NCBI GenBank assembly: GCA_963666835.2
Contig: CAXXGO010000003.1
Span: 256,001 to 320,000 of the forward strand
DNA from: Phycisphaerae bacterium
Lineage (GTDB): Bacteria; Planctomycetota; Phycisphaerae; UBA1845
Direction: 5' to 3'
Length of the DNA: 64,000 nucleotides
Shown here: positions 8,694 to 19,400 of the stretch, piece after piece
How the letters are laid out: the number at the start of each line of letters is the position of its first letter
Position numbering within the stretch: position 1 is the first letter of the stretch
Translations under genes and position numbers: made by a program
Notes under the pieces: model-generated
The model's input: the letters and a program-made list of their open reading frames with translations, nothing else
The model's database searches: none
Told to the model about the DNA's origin: nothing

Positions 8694-9866
8694 ATGAGCC
8701 GAAGCGCCCTGATGATTGCCGGGATGGTCGTGATCCTCGCTGAAGGGTGCGGACCACAGTCCATCGCGGCGTGGAACCGGATCAGACTTGACCCGCCGCT
8801 CAACGGAATGTGTGGAAACGCAGAGCTGGCCGTACTGATCCCGGATTGCCCCCTTCCGGGAGTGTGTTTTACCGAGGCGTGCAGTGCGCACAACGTGTGT
8901 TACACAGACTGCGCGACATCGAAAGAGGAGTGCGACGCCCGTTTCTATAAGGACATGTTTGCGGCTTGCGGGTATGCGTTCGGACTCGACGACCCGGAAG
9001 AGGTCGCGTGCCGAAAAGTGGCTCTCATCTACTGGCTGGCCGTGGTACTTTACGGGCAGGAGGCTTATGACTGGGAACAGAGCTTCCACGGATGCGATGC
9101 GCCCCGACCTACAGAACGGCCGGGAGCGTGCTGCCGACAAGGCACACCTCCGGTGTGTGACGACACCGGGACGTTGGCCGATTGCCCTGCGGAAGCGGTC
9201 TTCATCGCCGGGTTTGACTGTCAGGACGTCATGGAGACTTTCGGCGCGTGCCCGGCGGTGGCTAACGGCACGTGTGCAGAACGGACTCAGGTTTGTGTGG
9301 GGCAGAGTCCGGAAGAGGACCTGGGGACCTGCACTTCTATCGCCGATCCGGAGTCGCCGCCGCTGACTTGCAGAGTATCTTCCCAGGATTGCCCTGTCGG
9401 AGAGGTCTGCCTGCCGCTTGGTCGAACTGCCTACCGGTGCCACGTCGGATTCGATAACCGTTTGGTTCTGACGGATGGCCCTCAGGCGGGTGGCGCGTGC
9501 AGCGAGTCCGGGGCGAACAGCTTCCAAGCTGACGTGTGGTTTGAATACGTCCCGGCCTGCACCGGTAATTTGAGGATCCGGATGTGCGATTCGAGCAAGT
9601 TTGACTCGATGTTGGCGGTTTATGCCGCAGAGGTGGCAGGAACTTGCCCGGTCGACAACAGTTCGTTGGTAGCCTGCGATGACGATGCCTGCGATATCGC
9701 CGGTTCGGCGCTATCCGCGTTAACGGTCAATGGGGTGGTGGAAGGCGCGGCGTATATTATCCGCGTTGGCGGATGGTCGGCGGACGGTACGGCCGGCGGA
9801 GCCGCCCGGGGCGTCGGCGAGTTGGACATGACGCTCGTTTGCGATCCCTCTTCCGGCCGTAGGTAG
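8694..9866 (+). CDS. Secreted Cys-rich (lipo)protein with N-terminal phospholipase A2-like domain
   Basis: Signal with lipobox-like LAEGC; NGMCG...FTEACSAHNVCY..C..SKEECDARFYKDM...C; C-terminal DVWFEY...FDSMLAVY...ACDDDAC module. Confidence 0.7.
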   Translation: MSRSALMIAGMVVILAEGCGPQSIAAWNRIRLDPPLNGMCGNAELAVLIPDCPLPGVCFTEACSAHNVCYTDCATSKEECDARFYKDMFAACGYAFGLDDPEEVACRKVALIYWLAVVLYGQEAYDWEQSFHGCDAPRPTERPGACCRQGTPPVCDDTGTLADCPAEAVFIAGFDCQDVMETFGACPAVANGTCAERTQVCVGQSPEEDLGTCTSIADPESPPLTCRVSSQDCPVGEVCLPLGRTAYRCHVGFDNRLVLTDGPQAGGACSESGANSFQADVWFEYVPACTGNLRIRMCDSSKFDSMLAVYAAEVAGTCPVDNSSLVACDDDACDIAGSALSALTVNGVVEGAAYIIRVGGWSADGTAGGAARGVGELDMTLVCDPSSGRR

Positions 9867-9893
9867 ACGGCGGGGGCAATCCTGCCGCGACCC

Positions 9894-10739
9894 CTATGGC
9901 CCAAACGAGAGAACTCCGCCGATTATCAGGGCTCCTAAAACCACGCAATAGGGTGCAAAGTAGTGGAGTTTGGCGCGGCGGACCGCATGAAGCAAAACGA
10001 GCAACGCGAGTACGCCAACTGCAAGTGACACCGCGCTGCCGGTAATGACCGGTCCCCAGGGGATGGTGTCGAACTGCTCCGCGGGCAATGCCCTTGTGTC
10101 TCTGATCTTCAACAGCGTTGCGCCGGCAATCGCGGGCGCTGCGATCAGGAAACTGAACTCGGCCGCCCATCGCCGGCGCAGGCCGCAAAACAGCGCGGCG
10201 CAGATCGTAGACCCACTCCGAGAAATCCCCGGGAAGATCGCACAAGCTTGCGCCGTTCCGACGATTGCCGCCTGCCACCAGAGAAACCGCCGCCAGCCGC
10301 GATTCGGGCGGCGCACCAACAGAGTCAAGATCAGCAGAATACCGGTGACAATCAAAGCCGCCCCGATCCACTTCGGGCGACCGAACGCGCTCTCAAACTT
10401 ATCCTGGAAGCTCAGCCCTATCACTCCGGTCGGCACGCTTGCTGCAATCGCCAACCCGGCGATGCGAAGCGCGTACCGCGGCCGATTCCACGACCGGTTC
10501 AGCTCGCGCAGCAGTCTGCCTAGGAAACTCGCGATGGACTTTGCGAAAACGACACCAACAGCCACCAGGGTCCCGACGTGGACGCAGACATCGAACAGCA
10601 GCATGGTCGGCGTATGGGCTTCAAGCCCCAGCCATCTCTGAGTCAGGGCTAAGTGCCCGCTGCTGCTAATCGGCAGAAACTCCGTAAGCCCCTGGATGAT
10701 GCCAAGCAGGATCGAAGCTGGGTAGTCAAGCTGGCTCAC
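9894..10739 (-). CDS. uppP: Undecaprenyl-diphosphate phosphatase
   Basis: LGIIQGLTEFLPISSSGHL and PGISRSGSTI motifs, AAEFSFL. Confidence 0.95.
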   Translation of the reverse strand: MSQLDYPASILLGIIQGLTEFLPISSSGHLALTQRWLGLEAHTPTMLLFDVCVHVGTLVAVGVVFAKSIASFLGRLLRELNRSWNRPRYALRIAGLAIAASVPTGVIGLSFQDKFESAFGRPKWIGAALIVTGILLILTLLVRRPNRGWRRFLWWQAAIVGTAQACAIFPGISRSGSTICAALFCGLRRRWAAEFSFLIAAPAIAGATLLKIRDTRALPAEQFDTIPWGPVITGSAVSLAVGVLALLVLLHAVRRAKLHYFAPYCVVLGALIIGGVLSFGP

Positions 10740-11356
10740 GGAGGAGCACTCTCTTCAAGGATGTACCGGGATTTGATCAGGTATTGCACGGTCGACAAGG
10801 CGGTGATGATCACCGTGGCCCAGACCAAGCCGACTTTTACCGAGCTTGGCCAGGAGGCACCGTCCCAGGAGGACTCGTGGGCAACGATGAACAGAATCGC
10901 CGGAGCAGCAATGCTCTGCATCCACATCTTCAACTTGCCGTGGATTGACGCTCCGAATGCCCGTCCTCGAGATTCGTTGAAACCGCGCAAGCCGGTGACC
11001 AGGAGCTCACGCCCGACAATCACCACGACCATCCAGCCCGAAACCTCCGTCACGTTGTGCCCGGCCTTGTCGACGAAGGTGGGTCCGGTAAACAGAATAA
11101 ACGCCCCGCAAATCAGTACCTTGTCCACAAACGGATCGAGCACGCGCCCGAGAGACGTTTCTTGCTCATACTTCCGCGCTATGTAGCCGTCGAGGAAGTC
11201 CGTCGCGGCGGCTAGAATGAAGATCACCACGGCCAAGTCGAGTTTCAACGGTTCCGGCGCTTGTTGCGAGTACGCCGAGAGCAGGACGAAGAAGACGATC
11301 GCCAGCACCAACCGGGCGAGAGTTATTCGATTCGGGAGGTTTAACTTGACTATCAT
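10736..11356 (-). CDS. pgsA: CDP-diacylglycerol--glycerol-3-phosphate 3-phosphatidyltransferase
   Basis: NLPNRITLAR; CDP-alcohol phosphotransferase motif TDFLDGYIAR...GRVLDPFVDK; follows rimO. Confidence 0.92.
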   Translation of the reverse strand: MIVKLNLPNRITLARLVLAIVFFVLLSAYSQQAPEPLKLDLAVVIFILAAATDFLDGYIARKYEQETSLGRVLDPFVDKVLICGAFILFTGPTFVDKAGHNVTEVSGWMVVVIVGRELLVTGLRGFNESRGRAFGASIHGKLKMWMQSIAAPAILFIVAHESSWDGASWPSSVKVGLVWATVIITALSTVQYLIKSRYILEESAPP

Positions 11357-12723
11357 GGACGCCTTGTTGCTTGGGGAACTCGAACCGGTCTGGCGACAAG
11401 GTCATACCCATCGCGACCAGTACAATTGACCGCTATGAAATCGCCGGGCTTCGCGGTACACCTCTCGACGTAGGTAACCCCATCAACGGACGGGGCTTGC
11501 CCCTGGTGCCGTCCGATTACCATCCGCGACCGGCCCACCTCATCTATAAGAACCGTCAGCTCCTTGCCAATCCGCTCCTTGGCCAGCTCGAACGCGACCT
11601 TCTGCTGGGTTCGCATCAACTCGTCGACCCGTTGCTGCTTGACCGGCTCGGGAAGCTGATCCGGGAGCTTCCCCGCGGGTGTATCCGGCTCGCGGGAGTA
11701 CGGAAACACGCCCAGGGCGTCGAAGCGAAAAGCCTTGACGAACCGAAGCAGTTCCTCGAACTCGTCATCGGTTTCACCCGGAAAGCCGGCAATCAGAGTG
11801 GTACGCAAAGTCACCCCCGGAATTCGTTCGCGAATCCTCTGGAGCAGGTCCTCGGTACCCTGACGGTCGACCCGCCGCCCCATGACCTTGAGCACTCGGC
11901 TGTTGATATGTTGCAGTGGAAGGTCGATGTACTTACACACGCGGTCGCATTCCGCCACGGCGGCGATCATCTCGTCGTCGAAGCCGACCGGATAGGCATA
12001 CATCAACCTGATCCAACCCACCCCGTCTATGGTGTTCAGCTCCCGAAGAAGCTCTGCCAGTCCGAGCTCGAATCGGTCGTTACCCCTCCCGTATGCGGTG
12101 GTGTCTTGCCCCACCAGTGAGATCTCGACGGCGCCGTCGCTAACCAGCTCCCGCGCCTCCTCCAGCACGAGATTAGGTGGCTTTCCGTGCATGGGGCCTC
12201 GGATTGCCGGAATGGTGCAGAAAGTACAATTGCGGTCACAACCCTCGCTTATGCAGAGAAACGCGTAGTGGCGGGGCGTGATTCGGAGGCGGGCGGTGTC
12301 TATCTGACTGATCGGGTGGTACGCTCCCAGGAAAAGCCCCGTTGTGTCTCGGCTCTGGGGCGCCTTGGCGCCAAGTACCGCTCTGACCACGTCGTCCCGA
12401 TTGTTGACCCCGACCAACGCGTCGATTCCGTGAATGCGATCTGCCAGACCGGCCCCGTCGCGCTGTGCGAGGCAGCCCGCCACGACAACTCGGCGAAGCC
12501 CACCGTCCGCCTTGCGGGCGACAACCTCGCGGATGATCTCATCCGCCTCCGTTCGGGCGGCCTCCAGGAAGCCGCAGGTGTTGATTACGATGACCTCGGC
12601 GTCATCCTCGTTTGCAGTGATGGCGCAGCCCGCCTCCGCCAACTGCCCGAGCATCTTCTCGGAGTCGACGAGGTTCTTGGGGCAGCCAAGAGACACAAAC
12701 GATACCCGCAATCGGTCAGCCAT
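11353..12723 (-). CDS. rimO: Ribosomal protein S12 methylthiotransferase
   Basis: SLGCPKNLVDSE, INTCGF, radical SAM CDRNCTFC, WIRLMYAYP, C-terminal TRAM domain (APSVDG). Confidence 0.95.
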   Translation of the reverse strand: MADRLRVSFVSLGCPKNLVDSEKMLGQLAEAGCAITANEDDAEVIVINTCGFLEAARTEADEIIREVVARKADGGLRRVVVAGCLAQRDGAGLADRIHGIDALVGVNNRDDVVRAVLGAKAPQSRDTTGLFLGAYHPISQIDTARLRITPRHYAFLCISEGCDRNCTFCTIPAIRGPMHGKPPNLVLEEARELVSDGAVEISLVGQDTTAYGRGNDRFELGLAELLRELNTIDGVGWIRLMYAYPVGFDDEMIAAVAECDRVCKYIDLPLQHINSRVLKVMGRRVDRQGTEDLLQRIRERIPGVTLRTTLIAGFPGETDDEFEELLRFVKAFRFDALGVFPYSREPDTPAGKLPDQLPEPVKQQRVDELMRTQQKVAFELAKERIGKELTVLIDEVGRSRMVIGRHQGQAPSVDGVTYVERCTAKPGDFIAVNCTGRDGYDLVARPVRVPQATRRP

Positions 12724-12810
12724 AAAGTCCGCAATCCCGTCAGGACACAACGCAGCAAGCGAGTTTAGCAGAAGCGTCAACTCGCGGAAGGGGCGACCGA
12801 AGTGTGCATC

Positions 12811-12819
12811 TGTTATAAT
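12811..12819 (+). promoter_or_regulatory. Extended -10 promoter (TGnTATAAT) of cobB, probably leaderless
   Basis: TGTTATAAT at 12811-12819, 6 nt before ATG 12826; no SD sequence. Confidence 0.6.
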
Positions 12820-12825
12820 GCGGCC

Positions 12826-13575
12826 ATGGATGCCGTTTTGCAGCTTGCGGAGCTTCTCGACACCGCCCGGACGGCAGTAGCCTTCACCGGAGCGGGCATC
12901 AGTACGGAAAGCGGGATCCCCGATTTTCGAAGCCCCGGCGGAGTGTGGTCTCGGCAGCAGCCGGTCATGTACGACGATTTCATCAACTCGCGATCCGAAC
13001 GGGTGCGGTATTGGAAGATGCGAGTCGAGCTTTATCGAGACTTTCTATCCGCCAAGCCGAACGCCGGGCACTATGCTCTGGCACGGCTGGAACAGCACGG
13101 ACGCCTCGCCGGAGTGGTGACCCAGAACATTGACGGACTGCACCAGGAAGCCGGTAGCAAGCAGGTGGTTGAGCTACACGGGACCAACCGCAAGGTCGCA
13201 TGCGTGGATTGTCTGCAGGAGTGGGAGCCCCAGGAGATACTATCTCGGATCGAAGCGGGCGACGAAGCTCCGGAATGTGCGTCTTGCGGCGGGCTGATCA
13301 AGGCCAAGACGGTCCTCTTCGGGCAGGCTATGCCGGAGGGACCAATGATGCACGCTGCCCAATTGGGCAGAGCGGCTGACCTGTATTTGGCGATCGGCTC
13401 TTCTCTGGTGGTCGAGCCGGCGGCGTCTTTTCCCCGACAAGCGAGGTATTACGGGGCGACGCTGGTTATCATCAACAAAACGCCGACTCCACTCGATGAC
13501 ATTGCTCAGTTGGTAATCCGCGATCCGATCGGCTCCACGCTTGAGCGCGCGATCGGCCATCTCAACCTGGATTAG
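12826..13575 (+). CDS. cobB: Sir2 family NAD-dependent protein deacylase
   Basis: FTGAGISTESGIPDFRS, TQNIDGLHQEAG, ELHG, CxxC...CxxC zinc site, GSSLVVEPAA. Confidence 0.93.
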   Translation: MDAVLQLAELLDTARTAVAFTGAGISTESGIPDFRSPGGVWSRQQPVMYDDFINSRSERVRYWKMRVELYRDFLSAKPNAGHYALARLEQHGRLAGVVTQNIDGLHQEAGSKQVVELHGTNRKVACVDCLQEWEPQEILSRIEAGDEAPECASCGGLIKAKTVLFGQAMPEGPMMHAAQLGRAADLYLAIGSSLVVEPAASFPRQARYYGATLVIINKTPTPLDDIAQLVIRDPIGSTLERAIGHLNLD

Positions 13576-13759
13576 TCAGGTCCTCGCCGTTAGCCCGTCA
13601 GCAGCGTTGAACGCGTCGCACTTGGCGTATGCCCAGACGGTGCGTGTAAGAAGTTGTGCCGATTCACCGACGGGGGGATTGGTCTGGGCGGAAGTGGCGA
13701 CCTCAGACGTCTTTACCCTTGCGGGAGTAGACCACACATCGGTTCAAAGGAGAAGCAGA

Positions 13760-15097
13760 ATGGCCCGAATCTTCAACGTTGTTCTTTCGCTGGTCATTGC
13801 GGCCGTCGTTTCTTCGGGGGCAAAGGCCGACGATGCGACGATTCCCGACTCCCTTGCCGGGCGACGCGCCGCGGCTCTGATTGCTGCCGTTAATACCGGT
13901 GATTCCGCGAAGATCCGCGAGTTTGAGCTTGAGCATCGTGCCAAATCGGCCGCGAGGCGTCGCCCCCTCGACGATCGTGTAACCGACTGGCTCAATCGGC
14001 ATTCCGAGTGGGGCAAGCTTGAAGTACGCAGAGTGCTCAGCAGCGGCGAACTCGACATTATGGTTGTGGTTGAACCGGCGCGGGCCAAAGGGTGGGTTCA
14101 CATCGCTATTGAGTTGGAAGAAGAGGCACCCCACGGGCTCTGGCGCATTCGCTTCGATGGGCCGGTCTCCCCCGAATCCAGCAAGGCCAGCAACAAACGT
14201 CTCGATGAGGACCACCGCAACAGATTGGTCAATCGCGTTGCCGACGAGCTGGCACGCGGGTACGTATTCGAAGACGTTGGTAATGCCATGGCCGAGGACA
14301 TTCGAAAGCGGCTGGCGCTTGGTGATTACGACGACATAGAGTACTCATACCCGTTCGCCCAACGCCTTACGGATGATCTGCGGGCGGTTTGTCACGACAA
14401 GCACCTGCGCGTCGTTCCTCGGATTCCGATGACGCAACGCGGCGAGCGCCGCAACCGGCCTACCGATCAAAGACCCAAGCCCGAGGAGAACTACGGCTTC
14501 GCCAAGGTCGAAGTCCTTCCGGGAAACGTCGGCTACATCAAGTTCAACATGTTCGAGGGCAGTCCGGATGCGCGCCCGACCGCGGCGGCGGCGATGGCGT
14601 TCGTGGCAAACACCGATGCCCTGATCTTCGATGTAACGGAGAACGGCGGCGGGTCCGCCGACATGATCACGTTTCTGTGCGGCTACCTGTTCGACAAACC
14701 CGTCCACCTGAACACCTTCGAGAACCGCAGCGCCGGGACGGCCTATGATACTCACAGTAACGAGAACGTGCCCGGGCGACGTTACGGAGAGGAGAAGCCC
14801 GTGTTCGTGCTGACCAGCGGATACACCTTCTCGGCCGCGGAGGAGTTCACCTACGACCTGAAACACCTCAAACGCGCCACGGTGGTCGGTGAGCTAACCG
14901 GCGGGGGAGCGCACCCCGTCACGTTCATGACGCTCAACAAGTACTTTATCCTCAAAATACCGAACGGCAGAGCGGTGAACCCGGTAACCAAAACAAACTG
15001 GGAGGGCGTCGGCGTGATTCCCCACGTCGAAGTCCCCGCCGACCAGGCCAAGGAGAAGGCACACCGGCTCGCTCTGGCGGCCATCAAAGCCGAGTAG
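13760..15097 (+). CDS. Secreted S41 family peptidase (IRBP-like)
   Basis: AGGAG RBS, signal peptide ending AKA, HDKHLRV, LPGNVGYIK, NGGG, TFSAAEEF, VGELTGGGAHP, NWEGVGVIP. Confidence 0.9.
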   Translation: MARIFNVVLSLVIAAVVSSGAKADDATIPDSLAGRRAAALIAAVNTGDSAKIREFELEHRAKSAARRRPLDDRVTDWLNRHSEWGKLEVRRVLSSGELDIMVVVEPARAKGWVHIAIELEEEAPHGLWRIRFDGPVSPESSKASNKRLDEDHRNRLVNRVADELARGYVFEDVGNAMAEDIRKRLALGDYDDIEYSYPFAQRLTDDLRAVCHDKHLRVVPRIPMTQRGERRNRPTDQRPKPEENYGFAKVEVLPGNVGYIKFNMFEGSPDARPTAAAAMAFVANTDALIFDVTENGGGSADMITFLCGYLFDKPVHLNTFENRSAGTAYDTHSNENVPGRRYGEEKPVFVLTSGYTFSAAEEFTYDLKHLKRATVVGELTGGGAHPVTFMTLNKYFILKIPNGRAVNPVTKTNWEGVGVIPHVEVPADQAKEKAHRLALAAIKAE

Positions 15098-15199
15098 GGC
15101 GAGACGCGATTCAGGGCGGTTTCCAGAGAGATCGGTACGCGGCTTTCCCGTTCCCCAGGGTTTGTTCAGGTGGCCGGTCGGAAGCCCGCGCTACCGGGT

Positions 15200-16201
15200 C
15201 TATCCGTCGTGCGCGGAGAATCGGATCTGGAACGCGGCGAAGTCGCCAAGATCGATGTCGCCGTCTTCGTCGTGATCGAGACACCGGCAGGACCATTCGT
15301 ATAGGGAAGGGTCTGTGGGTCCGAGCGGGCTCGTCAGGCATCCCTCGAAAGCTGCGGCATCTTCCAACGTGGCGCGGGCGTCGCCGGTGACATCACCGAA
15401 CGCGAGGCACTCCACGCATCCATCCGTATCCTCATCACAGAACAAGTCGGGCAAACAGGGGGGGACGCCATCTCGGCAGCCTTCGTGTGCGTCGCAGGTT
15501 TCCGAGCCGTCGCAATAGAGTCCGTTATCGCAGAGCGCGTCATCGGGCTGGTGAATGCAGGAGCCGGTTTCGTTTCGGCAGGAATCAACTGTGCAGGCCA
15601 AGCCGTCGTTACAATCCTCGTCGTACCGGCAGCCGATTGCGAGCAAGGCCGTACCCAACTCGCCGGTTACCTCTAAGCCGGGCACGACGCCGTCCACTAC
15701 CATCGTCCGACAGGTTCCATTCGGCATGATTCGGAGGATGGACACGGTCACCGGATCATCGGAGGGAGCCAAGGCCTCGAAAACGAACGTCGTTAGTAAC
15801 ACACCTTCCGGCGGAACCGGAATCGGCTCGCCGAGGACACCGGCACGGTAGAATCCATCACCATCCGCCGGCGGATCGGCCTCATTCAGGTCGCAGTCTC
15901 CACTCGACGGAAACCCGGACATGCTGAGGTCCACGCCTCCCGTCGGATCAAGCCCGACGAGACGGAGATGGGCCGCGTCCCAGGCGAAGACAATCTGCAA
16001 ACCGGACGATGACTGCAACTCGGCACTGTCGGACACCGCAAAGAGGCCTAGGCCAACGCTGTCCCCCACGTAAGTGGCCGCGTTACCCGGTCGCCATTCG
16101 AGGTCGACCTCTGCACTGGCGACACTCGGCGTCAGGATGGTCAGCGCCGCGACAAGAACAGCTAAGGTGCCAACCGGCAGACAGCTAATACCTGGGAGCA
16201 T
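15200..16201 (-). CDS. Secreted protein: cohesin-like domain + Cys-rich repeat + dockerin-like EF-hand pair
   Basis: AAGGAG RBS, signal ending ASA; GLQIVFAWD...LLTTFVFEAL beta domain; CNDGLACTVDSC...CDNGLYCDGSETC; GDVTGDARATLED and DHDEDGDIDLGDFAAFQ. Confidence 0.75.
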   Translation of the reverse strand: MLPGISCLPVGTLAVLVAALTILTPSVASAEVDLEWRPGNAATYVGDSVGLGLFAVSDSAELQSSSGLQIVFAWDAAHLRLVGLDPTGGVDLSMSGFPSSGDCDLNEADPPADGDGFYRAGVLGEPIPVPPEGVLLTTFVFEALAPSDDPVTVSILRIMPNGTCRTMVVDGVVPGLEVTGELGTALLAIGCRYDEDCNDGLACTVDSCRNETGSCIHQPDDALCDNGLYCDGSETCDAHEGCRDGVPPCLPDLFCDEDTDGCVECLAFGDVTGDARATLEDAAAFEGCLTSPLGPTDPSLYEWSCRCLDHDEDGDIDLGDFAAFQIRFSAHDG

Positions 16202-16351
16202 TACCAACTTCTCCTTCCGGTCCATGTCCAGCAGCGCGCTGGAATACGCGGGCTCCGGCAAGACGGCGCGGCGCTGCCGCATTGAGACGGTACTTCCACC
16301 GACTTTCGTATCCGAAGATGCAACTCCGGCTAATCGCATACGAGCAAAGGG

Positions 16352-16396
16352 AGAGGCGCCAGGCAGAGCGCCGGTCGGCGCTCTACCTGGCCCTCT
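16352..16396 (-). terminator. Long hairpin after the HYR-domain gene (probable terminator or mRNA stabiliser)
   Basis: GCCAGGCAGAGCGCCG / CGGCGCTCTACCTGGC near-perfect inverted repeat about 15 nt past the stop at 16412; only a short T tract. Confidence 0.55.
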
Positions 16397-16411
16397 ATCG
16401 TCTGTGGAAGA

Positions 16412-19400
16412 TCAGTCCGCTCGTGTTCTGGTCACACGAGCCCGCTTCCGTGCGGGGGCTGGCCCGTCTTCCGCAGGAGGTGCGCCGGTTAGCAGCGCGG
16501 CTATGTCCTTATCGTCCACCATATTATCGCCGTTCAAATCGGCCTTCCCGGCTCCACCTAACCCTAGTCGCCGGAGTTCCTTTACGGAGATCGCGCGGCG
16601 CGGTCCGTCCGGGGCGCCGCCGCGGAGCGGCTGCTCCGGATCACAGACGGGATCGGCCCCGCAGCAGTTGGGCTCGCTCCAGTGGAGGAAGTTCACCGAA
16701 ATGAAAGAGAAATCGAGAATGTCCACAGCGCCGTCGCCGTTGATGTCGGCATCGTAGTCAAGCGGGTTTGCGGTCGGACAGAAAGTGTCCGCAACTACCT
16801 CGTTTCCCCATTGCCCAACCAGAATACTGAAGTCGACGATGTCGATGTAGCAGTCATCATTGAGGTTGCCCCCGGGTAGCGCTGCGAAGGTCGCAGAGTG
16901 AACGCCGCCCTCGCTGAGAATGTCCGCGGTTGCCCGGAGGGTGTGCTGGCGATCCCGTACTGTGATGCAATTGTAGTCTGCCGTGGTTGCCGAGACTTCC
17001 ACGCTCGCCGCGGCCGTTGGCGCCTGACCACAGACGCCGTCAGGGCAATCTGCGTCACTGAGACAGGGATTACCGTCGGATCCTCCGCCGCTGCAGACCC
17101 CGGGGAAAGCGACGTCCATCTCGACGACCACCGAGTCGCCCGGCGCCGCGCAGTCGAAGAGTTCGAAGGTCATGCACCGGGTTACGGGAGTGTGGATGAC
17201 GCCGGCAAGCTCGAGGTCCACGAGAATGCGCAGTTCACTGACTGCAATATGCTGCGTGCAGGACGCGGTGTTCCCACAGTCGTCGACCAACGTCCATGTT
17301 AGGACCGTACTCCCGACCGGATAGCATCGCTCCCCGCATCCGTCGCCGTCATCGCTGACACAGGTCGGCGCACACGAATCGCAGCAGTTGTCCGCGTACG
17401 TCGGCATTCCCGGGTCGATTACGGCGCAAGGCGGGTCGCTACCGGCATCGGCGAGAACGGCAATGCCATCCGGACAAGTAATCTCCGGTGGCATGCCGTC
17501 CGTAACCGCCCCCGATGCCCACGGGGTCGTGCGGAGCACCGCGTTGCGCACGTCGCCCCATTGGCCGGCAGCCGCCCCGCCGCCAAAGGACGGATAATCG
17601 GGATCAGGTCCGGCACCGACTCCGACGAAGTCCGCCCGAGCCGTCAAATGAAGGACGGGCCCATCCGAGATCGGGGCAACCGCCTCGGCGTCGGTCCATG
17701 ATGCACCCCAATCCACGCTTCCGCCGGCGTAAACGTGGTGCGTGACGTGTTCGTATCTTGTCAGCTCCGCGGTGACCGACCCGGTCTCACCCCACAGGGC
17801 GCTGTCTGCGGTGAGAGTCCCGCCGACGTAGTTGGTGAAGTACACCCTCTGACCGTTACCATCGCCGTCGATTGTGTCGTCGATCAACACGGCTCCGCTG
17901 TCATCCAAGGTCGGACCGAGCAACTCCCACGCGGTCGCCAAGGCCGTCCCGTCCCAACTTGCGGCGTGTACGACGTTTCCGGGCTGGCCGGCCCCACCGC
18001 CCACATGGCTCTCGGACCAGCGTCCGTCCATTACATTGTTTTGTGAGCCACCTTCATTCCCGCAGCAGTCGGTCGCCAGAATGGTAACGGCGACGGTCGC
18101 CGCGCAATCGTCGAGGTTGTAGACGACCATGCTACCGGTGACTTCGACCAGGCCGTCGCCGGACTGGATCTTCTGAATGGTCGTCGGTTCGATCTGGGCG
18201 TTTCCACCGACGAGGATTACCTCAACGGTGACATCGTCGGCATCCAGGCAGCAGTCGTCCGTTACCATTGCTGAGAAGCTGACGGTCGCCGAACATTCTT
18301 CATCGACGGTCTCGTTACTGACCACCAGATCAACAACGTCCGGCGGTGTAGTATCGACAATCGTAATAACCTGGATGCACTCGGCCGGATTCCCGGCGGC
18401 ATCGGTGGCCGTCCAGGTGCGATTGATGACCGCGGTGTCTCCACAGCCCGTCGATTCCACTACGTCGGCAAAGGCCACATCCAAAGTGTCATCGCAGTTG
18501 TCGGTAACGGTCGGCTCACCGGTCTGCACGGGATCAATTCCATTCCCGCATTCGACGGTTGCGTCGGCCGGACACGAGATCTCCGGAGAAGCATCGTCAA
18601 AGACCTCGACAATCTGCGTGCAGACCTCCGTATTGCCGGAGGCGTCCGTGGCCGTCCACGTTAGCGTAGTCGTTCCCACCGGATAGGGATCCGGGTTTTC
18701 CGGGTCGTAACATGCCAGTCCGTCACTACGCGCACAGGTGGTCTCGCAATCGGGGCAGTTGTCGTCACATGTTGCCGATCCGGGGTCGACCAGCGCGGCA
18801 CACGTACCTTCAGCCGTCGGAGTGGGAGGCGGGTTGGGCGGGCAGTCGATCGAAGGCGCGGTGTTGTCATGCACCGTTACCGTAATCGGGGCGCACTCCG
18901 TCGTATTCCCGGTCCCACGGCACACGCCGTCGTCCGGGCAATCTGCGTCCGTCTCACATGGCTGGCCTCCCTGTGATCCGCCGTCGCAGACGGCGTCCGA
19001 TGCGAACCAGACGATGGTAGTGACACCGACCGGATAGGGGTCGTCGAAGCAGTCCAACCCATCGTCCCTGGCGCAGCCGATACCGCACGGGCAGTTGTCA
19101 TCGCATTGCAGAAACGCGCTAATCGCCACCGGTTCGCTACACTGATCCGGCTTCGCCACGGCCTCATACGAGAACACGGGGCAGCCGGTGAGGGTCGGCG
19201 ATTGGTCATCGATGACGGTTACGGTCTGCCGGCAGGATGACGAGGGATTACCTGAAGAGTCTCTTGCAATCCATGTCAGCGTAGTCGTTCCCACTGGGTA
19301 GGCGTCCAGGAAGCAGTTCTCGTGGTCATCTCGCCGGCAACTGACAGTGCAAGCTCCGCAGTTGTCGGTACAGGTGGCCAGTCCCGGGTCAATCGTCAGA

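Noticed and set aside
8525..8893. 150-aa minus-strand ORF 8441..8893 as a whole
   Set aside because: Overlaps the PLA2-like gene antisense; only the last 27 codons have an SD and a plausible product.
12826..13575. Sir2 as an anti-phage (Thoeris/DSR-type) effector
   Set aside because: It is a canonical zinc-binding CobB-type deacylase in a housekeeping context with no defence partners.
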